A stretch of DNA of 64,000 nt from Arenicellales bacterium (GTDB taxonomy: Bacteria > Pseudomonadota > Gammaproteobacteria > Arenicellales > JAJDZL01): assembly GCA_965203865.1 (NCBI GenBank), contig OZ241916.1, positions 202,353 to 266,352 of the forward strand, written 5' to 3'. The first letter of the stretch is position 1. Each line of letters begins with the position of its first letter. Below, piece after piece: positions 9,559 through 19,986 of the stretch. A program made the position numbers and the translations under genes. The notes beneath the pieces were generated by a model. It saw nothing but the letters and a program-made list of their open reading frames with translations, made no database searches and was not told the DNA's origin.

Positions 9559-12500
9559 ATGTCAATTCTACATTCAAAAGAAACACAAGTACTGATTGAA
9601 AGGCTAATTTCGGAGGACGCACGACTTCCGGCGTCGAATCCCGAGATGTTCAAATCATTCGTACGCGAGTACTACCACAAAGTTCCTTTCGACGACTTGA
9701 AGGAGCGCGAACTGATTGACCTGCAGGGTTGTGCTCTTGCTCACTGGAATACCGGTCTGATACGCAAGTCCCGTCAAACAAAAATTCGAGTCTACAACCC
9801 CGATACAGAGCGACACGGGTGGCAGTCGACCCACACAATCATGGAAATTGTGACAGAAGACAAGCCGTTTCTGGTTGATTCGGTAACATTGCTGTTGAAC
9901 CGCATGGGGTTGACGATTCATCTTACAGTGCATCCAATGTTCACAGTTCAGAGGGAAGCCGCCGGGAAACTAAAGAATATAGAACCATCAGAGTTGTCCA
10001 AAACTGGAAGCCGCACAACAGAAACCTATTTGCACGTTGAATTCGACCGCCGAACAAATGCCAAGGAACTGACTAGCATCAAGAAGGAGCTGCAAGACAC
10101 TCTGGACTACATTGATGTTGCCTTTGCCGACTGGTCGACTATGCGCTCCAAGGCACTTGAAGCTGCGGACGACTTTCAAAAATACGCCAGCAAATCCGGT
10201 TCTGAATTCAATGAAGACCAAATTCTGTTTTGCAAGTGGCTTGAAGAAGGAAATTTTGCGTTTCTTGGCTATTGCGAATTGTTGCCGAAGAACAAGAGCA
10301 CTTTTCAACTTGATACAAGTTCCCTGATGGGAGTGCTTCGTAAAGTGGAGGATGTAAGCACAGTTTTTCCGGCTTCGGAACTTGGCAGTGAAACGCACTT
10401 GCAATCACTGTTGATTACCAAGGCGAATACTCGCTCCCCCGTTCACAGGCCCTCTTACATGGATTTGATTACGACGACAAAATATCCGTCGGGCAAAGGA
10501 GTGCGGGTATTTGTAGGACTGTTCGCGTCCACGGCATACAACAGAAGCGCAAAATATATTCCGGTACTTCGTACAAAACTCGAACAGGTGATTAAAAAGA
10601 GCGGCCTGTCGTCGGACAGCTACGATGGCAGGAACATTACGAACATTATGGACACCTATCCCCGGGATATCTTGTTTCGGATTTCCGTAGATGAACTGTT
10701 CTCCGATGTTGCCACAATCATGGAGTTGCAAGAACGGCAAAAAGTTCGCGTCTTGTCACGGCGAGACCGCTATGGTCGCTTTTATTCGGTACTGGTGTAT
10801 TTGCCCCGCGAACGCTATAGTCGCGAACTGCGCGTTCGAATCCAGAATATTCTGATTGAATCCCTGCAAGGCATCTCAGCTGAATTTGATGCCACTTTTA
10901 CAGAATCTGTGCTGGTTCGCATAAATTACACGATTCACACGAATCCAGAGGACCAACCGATTCACTCCGAGGAAGAAATTCATCAGCGAGTTGAGGATGC
11001 GAGCCAAACATGGGAAGACTTGCTGAAAGATGCGATGGTGGAGCGCTATGGGGAAGAAAAAGGGATTTACTATATGGACAAGTATTCAAACTCCTTCAGT
11101 GCCGGCTATCAAGAAGACTTTTCGCCAAGAACTGCGGCCGCCGATGTGCACAGGCTTGAGCAACTGAGCGAAGACCAAGCCATTGGAATCGTACTGTATC
11201 GGCCTTGGACCGACCCTGTAGCAGGAATTCAACTGAAACTGTTCAGCTACGGCAATCCGATTTCTCCGTCTGACGCATTGCCAGTCATCGAGAATATGGG
11301 GCTCCGGGTAATCGAGGGCAGGCCGTATGTCATTCGGGCTGCTGATAGTGTGTGTACATGCATCAACGACTATAGACTGGAGCATGCGGGTCAACTGGAG
11401 TTTGACCTTGACGAGGTGCGAGGTGATTTTGAAGATGCCTTTCTTCAGGTTTGGAACGGCAGGGCGGGCAATGACGGGTTTAACCGATTGATATTAACTT
11501 CGAATTTAACCTGGCGCGAAGTCGTCGTACTGCGAACATACTGCCTGTACTTTCGGCAAATCGGGTTTCCGTACAGCATTGATTATGTGATTCAAACACT
11601 AGTCCAGCATCCGCACATGACAGCTCGTCTCGCAAAACTTTTTGCACTGAGATTTGACCCCAAGGACAAGCAGCAAGACAAAAACTTCGAAAAGCATCTG
11701 AAGTTCGTGGAAAGCCGACTTGAACATGTGCTTAGTCTTGATGAAGATACAATACTTCGAGGCTATATGAACGCCATTCTGTCAACCATTCGAACGAACT
11801 ACTTTCGTACGGACAATCAGGGCAGACCGCTAGACTATCTTTCCTTGAAGATTGATTCAGGCAGTATTTTGCGCATGCCTGAACCGCGTCCGCTGTACGA
11901 AATTTTTGTCTACTCAACCCGGACAGAAGCGATTCATCTGCGAGGCGGGAAAGTGGCCCGGGGCGGTATCCGCTGGTCCGACAGGAAAGAAGATTTCAGA
12001 ATGGAAGTGCTTGGACTGGTAAAGGCGCAAATGGTCAAGAATGCGGTGATTGTGCCGGTTGGCTCCAAAGGCGGATTTATTGTCAAATCACCCCCGGCAG
12101 ATCAATCCGAATTGATGCAAGAAGTTGTCGAGTGCTACAAGACGTTGATTCGCGGCATGCTGGATATTACAGACAATCTCGTAGCTGGCAAAATCGTGCC
12201 GCCCCCGGATGTCAAAAGATACGACGACGATGACCCGTACCTGGTTGTTGCGGCCGACAAGGGAACTGCAACGTTTTCCGATATCGCAAACGAAGTGGCA
12301 GAAGAGTACAACTTCTGGCTTGGAGATGCCTTTGCATCGGGTGGCTCAACCGGCTACGACCACAAGGGCATGGGCATTACGGCAAGAGGCGGATGGGAAT
12401 CCGTCAAGCGACATTTTCGGGAACTGGGCCATGATATCCAAAAAGAGGACTTCACCGTTGTTGGAGTTGGAGACATGGGCGGCGATGTGTTTGGAAACGG

Positions 12501-14382
12501 CATGCTATTGTCGAAGCACATCAAGCTTGTTGGCGCATTCAATCATGCGGAAATATTTTTGGACCCAAATCCTGATATCAAAAAGAGCTATGCGGAGCGA
12601 CAGCGATTGTTCAGCAATCCAGGTGGTTCGGGCTGGAAAAACTATCGCAAAGAACTGATATCCAAAGGCGGCGGAGTGTATGACAGAACCGCGAAAGCCA
12701 TTGAATTGTCATCCGAAATTCAAAAGTTGTTTGGTATCAGGTCAGGCAAGTTAACGCCGAATGAGTTAATCAACACCATGCTTAAAGCCCCTGTAGACTT
12801 GCTATGGAACGGAGGGATCGGAACTTATGTCAAGGCATTGACTGAAACTCATGAAAATACTGCCGACCGGGCGAACGACCCTGTACGAGTTAACGGAGAG
12901 GAATTAAGATGCCGTGTCGCAGGAGAGGGCGGCAATCTTGGTATGACGCAACTCGGCAGAGTTGAATACTGCCGAAATGGCGGGAGATGCTATACAGACT
13001 TTATTGACAATTCAGGGGGTGTGGACTGCTCGGACCACGAAGTCAATATCAAGATACTGCTGAACCATGTTGTGGACGAAGGCGAGATGACAGTCAAGCA
13101 AAGAAACAGACTGCTCGTAGAAATGACAGACGATGTTGCCAGCAATGTCATTGAAGACAACTACGAACAGAGCCAGGCAATCAGCATGATACATGTGCAA
13201 GCATCTTCCAAGCTTCAAGATCATGCCCGGTTCATTCGCGAACTGGAGCGAGAAGGAAAATTGAATCGCGAGCTGGAGTATTTGCCGGACAATGAAGCGA
13301 TTCATGAAAGGGAACTTGAAGATTCGGGGCTGACCTACCCCGAGATTTCCGTACTGCTGGCCTATGCAAAGACTACGCTGTATCAGCAGTTGCTCGATTC
13401 GGATGTTCCAGAAGATGTATTTCTTGGAAATGATCTGAAGAGGTATTTTCCAGAGCGACTGTCGGAGCAGTACGAATATGCCATGCGCAACCATCCGTTG
13501 AAACGCGAGCTTGTAGCGACGCACATAACGAATAACATGCTAAACCGTGTCGGCCCCACTTTTGCGTTTATCATGAATGAGCTGACGCAAGCCGACTATC
13601 CGGAAATTACCCGCGCTTATACTGCCGCCAGAGAAATTTTCAGCATACGGGAAGTATGGCAAGAAATCGAGGCGCTAGACAATGCAATTGAAGCGCAAGT
13701 TCAGATGAAAATGCTCTACTATGCGGGAGGCTTGATTGAACGAGCGACAATCTGGCTACTCAGGCATCGCAAGCTGCCAATTGATGTACAGGCTACAATG
13801 GACTACTATCAGGCAGATATTCAAGCGTTGTCAGCAAGCCTGCCTGCTCCTTTATCGGCAAAGGACCTGCCCGTTTTTGAAAAATCCTTGCAAGAACTGG
13901 CCGACCAGAATGTTCCCAAGGAGCTGGCCCGAAAAGTAGCAGGCTTCATATTTTTGTCTACTGCGCTGGATATTGTGGAAATCTCAAAGCATACTGGAAA
14001 GCCGGTGCCATACGTGGCGGTCGTGTACTTTGAAGTTGGTGCGCGTTTGGACTTGATGTGGATTCGAGACCAGGTGGCGTTGCTTGAAGAGGAGGACCGC
14101 TGGCATAGTCGAGCCAAGTCGAGACTGCGCGACGACATTCATACACAGCAGTATGAGATAGCGAGCGAGGTGGTGGAGAGTTCAAAAAGCAAAATGCCCA
14201 AGCATGCGGTTGCCGGGTGGATTGAAGCCAATGATCTTGGCTATCGCAGATTGATGAATTTGCTGCTGGAACTGAGGACTACCAGCAAAATAGATTTTGC
14301 CACCTTGTCCGTAGCGATCAGCGAGGTGCATTCGCTGAGCAGACGTGTTGGAAGTGCCAAGGAAGATTCAAGAGATTCTTGA
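9559..14382 (+). CDS. gdhB: NAD-specific glutamate dehydrogenase, large (about 180 kDa) bacterial type
   Basis: 1607 aa. The catalytic core VARGGIRWSDR ... KNAVIVPVGSKGGF ... VVAADKGTATFSD is characteristic of the Bac_GDH family. Confidence 0.9.
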   Translation: MSILHSKETQVLIERLISEDARLPASNPEMFKSFVREYYHKVPFDDLKERELIDLQGCALAHWNTGLIRKSRQTKIRVYNPDTERHGWQSTHTIMEIVTEDKPFLVDSVTLLLNRMGLTIHLTVHPMFTVQREAAGKLKNIEPSELSKTGSRTTETYLHVEFDRRTNAKELTSIKKELQDTLDYIDVAFADWSTMRSKALEAADDFQKYASKSGSEFNEDQILFCKWLEEGNFAFLGYCELLPKNKSTFQLDTSSLMGVLRKVEDVSTVFPASELGSETHLQSLLITKANTRSPVHRPSYMDLITTTKYPSGKGVRVFVGLFASTAYNRSAKYIPVLRTKLEQVIKKSGLSSDSYDGRNITNIMDTYPRDILFRISVDELFSDVATIMELQERQKVRVLSRRDRYGRFYSVLVYLPRERYSRELRVRIQNILIESLQGISAEFDATFTESVLVRINYTIHTNPEDQPIHSEEEIHQRVEDASQTWEDLLKDAMVERYGEEKGIYYMDKYSNSFSAGYQEDFSPRTAAADVHRLEQLSEDQAIGIVLYRPWTDPVAGIQLKLFSYGNPISPSDALPVIENMGLRVIEGRPYVIRAADSVCTCINDYRLEHAGQLEFDLDEVRGDFEDAFLQVWNGRAGNDGFNRLILTSNLTWREVVVLRTYCLYFRQIGFPYSIDYVIQTLVQHPHMTARLAKLFALRFDPKDKQQDKNFEKHLKFVESRLEHVLSLDEDTILRGYMNAILSTIRTNYFRTDNQGRPLDYLSLKIDSGSILRMPEPRPLYEIFVYSTRTEAIHLRGGKVARGGIRWSDRKEDFRMEVLGLVKAQMVKNAVIVPVGSKGGFIVKSPPADQSELMQEVVECYKTLIRGMLDITDNLVAGKIVPPPDVKRYDDDDPYLVVAADKGTATFSDIANEVAEEYNFWLGDAFASGGSTGYDHKGMGITARGGWESVKRHFRELGHDIQKEDFTVVGVGDMGGDVFGNGMLLSKHIKLVGAFNHAEIFLDPNPDIKKSYAERQRLFSNPGGSGWKNYRKELISKGGGVYDRTAKAIELSSEIQKLFGIRSGKLTPNELINTMLKAPVDLLWNGGIGTYVKALTETHENTADRANDPVRVNGEELRCRVAGEGGNLGMTQLGRVEYCRNGGRCYTDFIDNSGGVDCSDHEVNIKILLNHVVDEGEMTVKQRNRLLVEMTDDVASNVIEDNYEQSQAISMIHVQASSKLQDHARFIRELEREGKLNRELEYLPDNEAIHERELEDSGLTYPEISVLLAYAKTTLYQQLLDSDVPEDVFLGNDLKRYFPERLSEQYEYAMRNHPLKRELVATHITNNMLNRVGPTFAFIMNELTQADYPEITRAYTAAREIFSIREVWQEIEALDNAIEAQVQMKMLYYAGGLIERATIWLLRHRKLPIDVQATMDYYQADIQALSASLPAPLSAKDLPVFEKSLQELADQNVPKELARKVAGFIFLSTALDIVEISKHTGKPVPYVAVVYFEVGARLDLMWIRDQVALLEEEDRWHSRAKSRLRDDIHTQQYEIASEVVESSKSKMPKHAVAGWIEANDLGYRRLMNLLLELRTTSKIDFATLSVAISEVHSLSRRVGSAKEDSRDS

Positions 14383-14518
14383 CAGTATCCATGTTGCAGT
14401 ATAGATCTTGACTGCTTCCAGACATCGCTCTACACCCCGGTTGAAGCCAATAGCTACCAAACCCCGGTTCACGAAGCTTCGGCATTGATGGAGTTGCAAT
14501 TATCCTTTTCCACCAAAC

Positions 14519-16492
14519 TTATGAAATACCGTACATTCGCTTCCGGTTTTCTGCCCACTCTACCAAAAGCCGATCTGCAGTCAATCCGATAAATGCCACG
14601 CATAGTCCGATCACCAAGCCCTTGCCGCCGTCATTGAACGTTAGTGCGCGAAAGATTTCCTGCGACAGATCCACGGTTCCAATAAAGCCGGCAATCATCA
14701 CCATGAACAACCCGAACATCAGCGTCTGATTGAGTCCCAGCACAATCTCGGGAAATGCAATCGGCATTCGCACTTTCCACATAATTTGCCGCGGAGTGCA
14801 ACCGGATGTAATGGCAGCTTCGATAATGTGCTGCGGTACATTCCTCAGGCCGAACAATGTATATCGGGTAACCGGTATGCCCGCATAAATGATGATGGCA
14901 AATACTGCAGAGACATCATTGATCTGGAACAGCATCACTACTGGTAGCAGATAGATGAACGACGGAAATGTCTGCAACGTATCGCACAGGTTTTGCACCA
15001 ACCGTGTCGCCCAATCCCGCGTTGAGGCCCAGATTCCGATAGGTATGCCGATCAATGCGCAGATTACCAGTGAAACCGTAACCATGTAGACGGTGATCAT
15101 TGCTCGCACCCAGTACCCTGAGGTCGCAATGAACGCCACATACAACGCAACGGTCAGCGCCAGGCGCCAGCCGCCCATTCTCCATCCAAGGCATCCAACC
15201 AAGGCAATGACAGCAAGCCAGGGAATCGCGGTAATGGCATCGCGAACCGGAATCAGAAAATGTACCAGAAAAATATCGCGAAACGCTCCCAGCGTGTCGT
15301 AAAAATTAAGGGTGACATAATCAACGATGGCATCCCAGAAAGTTGATGTGGAAATCGTCAATTCCTGGGGAAACCTGACAACGCCGGAAGTGACAAAAGA
15401 GAGTAGAAATACACCAGCAACCAGTACTATAGACGAGGCGAGCAGAGGATATCGAACCCAAAAAGAACCTTCCTTTTTGTGAACGGGTTCTTTTTCCGCA
15501 ACTGCCTGACTGAAGCGGTCCAGGGCAATCGCGATCAATACGACGGCAATTCCGACTTCAAATGCCTGCCCGATAGCAAGACGCTGAAGTCGGGTAAGCA
15601 AGTCGTGTCCCAATCCCGATTGACCGATGAACGATGCGATGACAACCATTGCAAGGCATTGCATAATTACCTGATTGACACCCAGCATGATTTCAGACCG
15701 GGCTGACGGCAGCTCCACCTTGAACAACATTTGACGAGCGGTGCATCCTGCCATAGTGCCCGCTTCCAGTACTTCCCGAGAAATATTTTTAATGCCAAGG
15801 AGAGTCAACCGCGTCATTGGCGGAAATGCGAATATGATTGTTGCAATCACACCCGCCTTGGAACCAACCCCGAAGAAAATTGCAACAAGAATCAGATAGG
15901 AAAAATGCGGGAGTGACTGTAAAACATTCAGCAACGGCCAGAGTACCGTTTCAAACGATTTCTTCTTGGCTGCAAGAATTCCCAGCGATAAACCAATAAT
16001 GCCGGCCAGCGGTGCGGAAACTGATACCGCCGACAGTGTCTGCATGGACAGCTCCCAAATTCCTCGCTGGCTAAACAATGCAAGATAGAAAAAACACCCG
16101 CCCCCAAGCAATGCCAATCTCCAGCCTTTCAGGTAGTACCCATAAATTGCCGCCAGTCCTACCAGAATCACCCAAGGAATCGGGGACACGCCAATGTCCT
16201 TGAAGCCCTCATGCAACAAGGCCTCCGTAAACTCCAGAGGAATTTCAATTGTGCTGGATATCGAACGCGTGAAGTCGCGGAACGTAAACAGTCCGAACCA
16301 TTCGTATTTTTTCAGGAAACTGACTGCCGCGTTAACCCAGTCGACAAAAGGCACCATGCCCTCAATCGTGGCGCAACCTGCAAGGCAGCTTTTGGGAGGC
16401 GTGATGGCCCAGTCCGGCAAAATCGGACGCAATGCAATCAAAACGCCGAATGGCAATAGTACAAGGAGCGTGCGAATATACTTCGCGTTCAT
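14519..16492 (-). CDS. proW: glycine betaine/proline-type ABC transporter permease (duplicated/fused permease domains)
   Basis: 657 aa with two BPD-transporter permease modules (EAGTMAGCTARQMLFKVELP and EAAITSGCTPRQIMWKVRMP). Adjacent to the ProV-like ATPase. Confidence 0.8.
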   Translation of the reverse strand: MNAKYIRTLLVLLPFGVLIALRPILPDWAITPPKSCLAGCATIEGMVPFVDWVNAAVSFLKKYEWFGLFTFRDFTRSISSTIEIPLEFTEALLHEGFKDIGVSPIPWVILVGLAAIYGYYLKGWRLALLGGGCFFYLALFSQRGIWELSMQTLSAVSVSAPLAGIIGLSLGILAAKKKSFETVLWPLLNVLQSLPHFSYLILVAIFFGVGSKAGVIATIIFAFPPMTRLTLLGIKNISREVLEAGTMAGCTARQMLFKVELPSARSEIMLGVNQVIMQCLAMVVIASFIGQSGLGHDLLTRLQRLAIGQAFEVGIAVVLIAIALDRFSQAVAEKEPVHKKEGSFWVRYPLLASSIVLVAGVFLLSFVTSGVVRFPQELTISTSTFWDAIVDYVTLNFYDTLGAFRDIFLVHFLIPVRDAITAIPWLAVIALVGCLGWRMGGWRLALTVALYVAFIATSGYWVRAMITVYMVTVSLVICALIGIPIGIWASTRDWATRLVQNLCDTLQTFPSFIYLLPVVMLFQINDVSAVFAIIIYAGIPVTRYTLFGLRNVPQHIIEAAITSGCTPRQIMWKVRMPIAFPEIVLGLNQTLMFGLFMVMIAGFIGTVDLSQEIFRALTFNDGGKGLVIGLCVAFIGLTADRLLVEWAENRKRMYGIS

Positions 16493-16493
16493 G

Positions 16494-17516
16494 TCACTTC
16501 TGAAACAGTGTGCTTAGCAATTTCTCCCGCTTCAGCAGACCTACAACTTGATTGCTGGCATCGACAACATTTACATCCTTATTCTGTCTTAATACTTTGG
16601 CGGCGATTTGAATGATCTTGTCATCCTTGGCGATTGAAAACTCGGTATTTGCGTCTTCACCCGGCGGGTCCATAATTGTATATACGGACAGCAACTTGGC
16701 ACGCGGAACATTTTTTGTGAATTCTGCAACATAATCGGTAGCGGGATTTGTAATCAATTCTTCCGCGGTGCCGATCTGCACAATCAAGCCATCGTTCATA
16801 ATGACAATCCGGTCAGCCAGCTTGATCGCTTCGTCAAAATCATGCGTGATGAATACGATTGTCTTGTTCAACATGGATTGCAGGCGAACAAACTCATCCT
16901 GCATCTCCTGACGTATCAATGGGTCCAATGCTGAAAACGGTTCATCCAAAAACCAGATATCAGGTTCCACTGCAAGCGAGCGACCAATCCCCACCCGTTG
17001 CTGCTGACCGCCTGAAAGCTCTCGCGGGTAGTAGTCGCCCCGGCCATGCAAACCAACAATTTCCAGAATTTCGTTTGCTCTTGCTTCCCGTGTTTCGCGA
17101 TCAATCCCCTGCACTTCCAGAGGAAATGCAATATTTTTCAAAACAGTTCGGTGCGGCAACAGGGCAAAATGCTGAAACACCATGCCCATCTTGTGACGAC
17201 GAATATGAATCAGTTCTTTTTGACTGGCCTGCAACAGGTCCACGCCATCAAAAATCACCTTCCCGGCCGTGGGTTCGATCAGTCTCGCCAGACAGCGAAT
17301 TAGCGTGGACTTGCCTGAGCCGCTAAGGCCCATTACAACCAGGATTTCGCCTTCATAAACTTCAAAGCTTGCACCCCGGACAGCGCCGATATACCCCTCA
17401 GACCGAATACTCTCCTCATCAGGCGTACCATTGTGCCGACGCAGAAATTCTTCGGGATGGTGTCCGTAGAACTTGCTTACGTTCTCACAAGAAATCTTGA
17501 TTGCGCGGTTGTTCAT
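16494..17516 (-). CDS. proV: glycine betaine/proline-type ABC transporter ATP-binding protein
   Basis: Walker A GLSGSGKST, signature LSGGQQQRV, Walker B IWFLDEP and a C-terminal CBS-like tail. Confidence 0.85.
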   Translation of the reverse strand: MNNRAIKISCENVSKFYGHHPEEFLRRHNGTPDEESIRSEGYIGAVRGASFEVYEGEILVVMGLSGSGKSTLIRCLARLIEPTAGKVIFDGVDLLQASQKELIHIRRHKMGMVFQHFALLPHRTVLKNIAFPLEVQGIDRETREARANEILEIVGLHGRGDYYPRELSGGQQQRVGIGRSLAVEPDIWFLDEPFSALDPLIRQEMQDEFVRLQSMLNKTIVFITHDFDEAIKLADRIVIMNDGLIVQIGTAEELITNPATDYVAEFTKNVPRAKLLSVYTIMDPPGEDANTEFSIAKDDKIIQIAAKVLRQNKDVNVVDASNQVVGLLKREKLLSTLFQK

Positions 17517-17591
17517 TCAAGACCTATTTCAAAACAACTGAAATTGCCCGAAGTTCAATAAATTCAATGCAGTTCAGCATAGCATAAAAGT

Positions 17592-17631
17592 GTCCAAGCT
17601 GGTTGCCACCTTAAGGACAACCAGCTTGGAC
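17592..17631 (-). terminator. intercistronic stem-loop between proX and proV (attenuator/partial terminator candidate)
   Basis: Perfect 14-bp stem gtccaagctggttg / caaccagcttggac with a 12-nt loop. Confidence 0.45.
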
Positions 17632-17678
17632 CAGATTTGACAATCGTCAACTGTGTGAAGTTGACTCAATTGGTCAAG

Positions 17679-18623
17679 CTAGTTGACCCAGGCTTGCCAT
17701 TTGTCCTTGTGTTCTTCAAGCCAACGATTCGCCGCAGCTTCAACTTCCATTCCTTCGGTGTCCACGTAATTGGACTGCTTCGCAATATCCAGATTGGTGA
17801 AATTTATCTTTTGCGCCACTGCATAGGCTTTCGGATGATTTTCCTTCAGGTTGTGGGAAATGCCGATTTTCAGATAACCGCCTTTGGGGTTGCCGCAATC
17901 GTACAGCATCTCCTTGTTCATGCCCCAGGCTGGGTCCTTGGTGCATTGTGCATCGTAGGTCGGAAATTCCACAAATTCACCTTCGTACAGTGCTTCAATG
18001 AAGTTCGGTGTCCAATTGAATATAACAACTGGCTTGTTCTGCTTGATGCCGGCTTCCAATTCAGCCCAGATAGCCGCCGCGGAGCCTGCATTTTTCACAA
18101 CAAAATTCATGCCGAGCGCTTCCACTTTTTCAGCATCGTGCTTGAGCCAGTCCACTGGCCCGCCGATGAATACACCCTTGCCGTCCGAATCTGCACGCGC
18201 AAACTGATCTGCACAGGCATCCAGCGCTTTCCAGTCAGGCAAGCCCGGACAGGTTTCTTTCACATGCTTTGGATACCACCACTCTTCGCGAGTCTTGGCA
18301 TCGTGTGTCACCAAATCAATTACGCATCCTTCGTTGACAACCTTCTCGAATGACGCACCAAAAGCGCCCTGCCAAACTTCGTGCACGATATCAATATCGT
18401 TCTCGCACATTGACTGATAAACTGTCTGACTGTCTATCGGGATGTATTCGACCTCCTCGCCGACCATCTCGAACAACTTGCCGACAATTTGCGCTCCGAC
18501 CAACTGGCTGGACCAGTTGTGTGTCGGAATCTTAACAGATTGCGCAACTGCGGTGCTGCTCGCAAAAATCAAGGCGATTGCAGCAAAAAGAAAAGAATGC
18601 TTCTTGAAAAATTTATTTTTCAT
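17679..18623 (-). CDS. proX: glycine betaine-type ABC transporter substrate-binding protein
   Basis: Signal peptide MKNKFFKKHSFLFAAIALIFASSTAVA, ProX/OpuAC-like body, upstream of the proV and proW homologs. ATG 18623 is preceded by GAGGA. Confidence 0.8.
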   Translation of the reverse strand: MKNKFFKKHSFLFAAIALIFASSTAVAQSVKIPTHNWSSQLVGAQIVGKLFEMVGEEVEYIPIDSQTVYQSMCENDIDIVHEVWQGAFGASFEKVVNEGCVIDLVTHDAKTREEWWYPKHVKETCPGLPDWKALDACADQFARADSDGKGVFIGGPVDWLKHDAEKVEALGMNFVVKNAGSAAAIWAELEAGIKQNKPVVIFNWTPNFIEALYEGEFVEFPTYDAQCTKDPAWGMNKEMLYDCGNPKGGYLKIGISHNLKENHPKAYAVAQKINFTNLDIAKQSNYVDTEGMEVEAAANRWLEEHKDKWQAWVN

Positions 18624-18769
18624 ATTGAAAGTCCTCAAGTTTAGGTTAGTTGTGAGTAGATTACTACTCTAAAATATATGAAGCGAGAGCAATTTTACTT
18701 GATGTTGGTTGGCTTTGTGATTTCTTATTGGTTTTAACAGATTTTCGACTTATAAAACAGAGATTTATT

Positions 18770-18997
18770 ATGGCAAAAAAATCTTATCACGTAGTATCAG
18801 ATTCCGAAGGTGATTGGAACGTCAAACTTGGCGGTGCTCAACGAAGTATTCGTCATTTCAAAACCAAGAAAGAAGCAATTGACGCCGGTAGAAAAATCAG
18901 CAGAAACCAAGGGGCCGAACTTTTCATTCACAACAAAAATGGCCGAATTTCCAGGCGAGATAGCCATGGTAATGACCCATTTCCACCACGAGGATAG
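18770..18997 (+). CDS. DUF2188 domain protein
   Basis: YHVVSDSEGDWNVKLGGAQRSIRHFKTKKEAIDAGRKISRNQGAELFIHNKNGRI matches the DUF2188 pattern. Confidence 0.65.
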   Translation: MAKKSYHVVSDSEGDWNVKLGGAQRSIRHFKTKKEAIDAGRKISRNQGAELFIHNKNGRISRRDSHGNDPFPPRG

Positions 18998-19044
18998 AGT
19001 TGATTCAATTTAACCAAGCCAAATGAGTGAGCCAAAAATTTGTG

Positions 19045-19986
19045 ATGTGTAAATCAAATAACAATAAATTCAATATTCTGTCGCTAGATGGCGGCGGAGT
19101 AAGGGGAGTCTTTTCAGCTCAGTTGTTGGATTCAATCGATTCGCAACTTGGAATTGATATTTACAAGACGTTTGACCTTATTGTCGGAACAAGTACAGGC
19201 AGTATTGTTGCTGCCTATGTTGCAACTAGGGGAGATATGTCAGAACTGGTAAAGGAATTTGAACAAAATGCTTCAAAAATATTTGCACCCCAATTTCTCT
19301 CGCATGGTTACTTTAAAAGCAGGTATCGCAGTAGCAATTTAGAAAGTTTTCTTAAGGACAAATTTGGAAGTTTAAAACTTGGTCAAATCGACAAACCTTT
19401 GATAATTAATGCTTCAAATGCTAGCACAGGGGAAGTTCATTTGTTCAAGTCCGCATACCAAGAAAAACTACGCAACGGAGACTATTTTCGAGATGGGGAA
19501 GTTTACCTCTATAAAGCAATTCAGGCATCTTGTTCAGCACCGACGTACTTCGACCCTGTGGAGATGTCGGGCGACCTGTTATGCGACGGCGGAATTTGGG
19601 CAAACAATCCGTCAGTTGTCGGGTATGTTGACGCGATCCGAAACTTCAACAGACCTCATGAAAGCATAAGAGTCTTTTCAGTGGGAACAGGGAAAATTGA
19701 TAAATTCTATCTGCCGTCGAAACGCTGGGGACTACTTACAGGTTGGCAACAATCGAAAATTGTGGATTTTGCAATGCTTTGCCAAACTCAGTATGCAGAA
19801 AACTGCATGAAATTGATATTGAGAGAAAACTTTTTTCGTATAAATCCTTCAATTAAAGATTGGGGTCTTGATAATTTCAAACCTATCCCCACATTAAAGA
19901 GTATAGCAAACAACAAGGCGATGAATTTAGCCGAAGAAATCAGAAGATTTTTGACCCCTGAGATAAAGATGGAGGATGAGTTGTGA
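19045..19986 (+). CDS. patatin-like phospholipase (CapV-like effector candidate)
   Basis: GGGVRG oxyanion loop, GTSTG nucleophile elbow and DGG catalytic Asp motif. Confidence 0.85.
   Translation: MCKSNNNKFNILSLDGGGVRGVFSAQLLDSIDSQLGIDIYKTFDLIVGTSTGSIVAAYVATRGDMSELVKEFEQNASKIFAPQFLSHGYFKSRYRSSNLESFLKDKFGSLKLGQIDKPLIINASNASTGEVHLFKSAYQEKLRNGDYFRDGEVYLYKAIQASCSAPTYFDPVEMSGDLLCDGGIWANNPSVVGYVDAIRNFNRPHESIRVFSVGTGKIDKFYLPSKRWGLLTGWQQSKIVDFAMLCQTQYAENCMKLILRENFFRINPSIKDWGLDNFKPIPTLKSIANNKAMNLAEEIRRFLTPEIKMEDEL

Noticed and set aside
14519-16492. The 657-aa double-permease ABC protein might be an unusual fusion.
   Set aside because: Fused or duplicated permease domains are common in betaine/choline-type ABC importers, and both halves have normal EAA-loop motifs. 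This is ordinary.
17637-18353. A 238-aa plus-strand ORF.
   Set aside because: It is entirely antisense to the ProX-like binding-protein gene, has a low-complexity and odd composition, and resembles no family I recognise. It is a shadow ORF.
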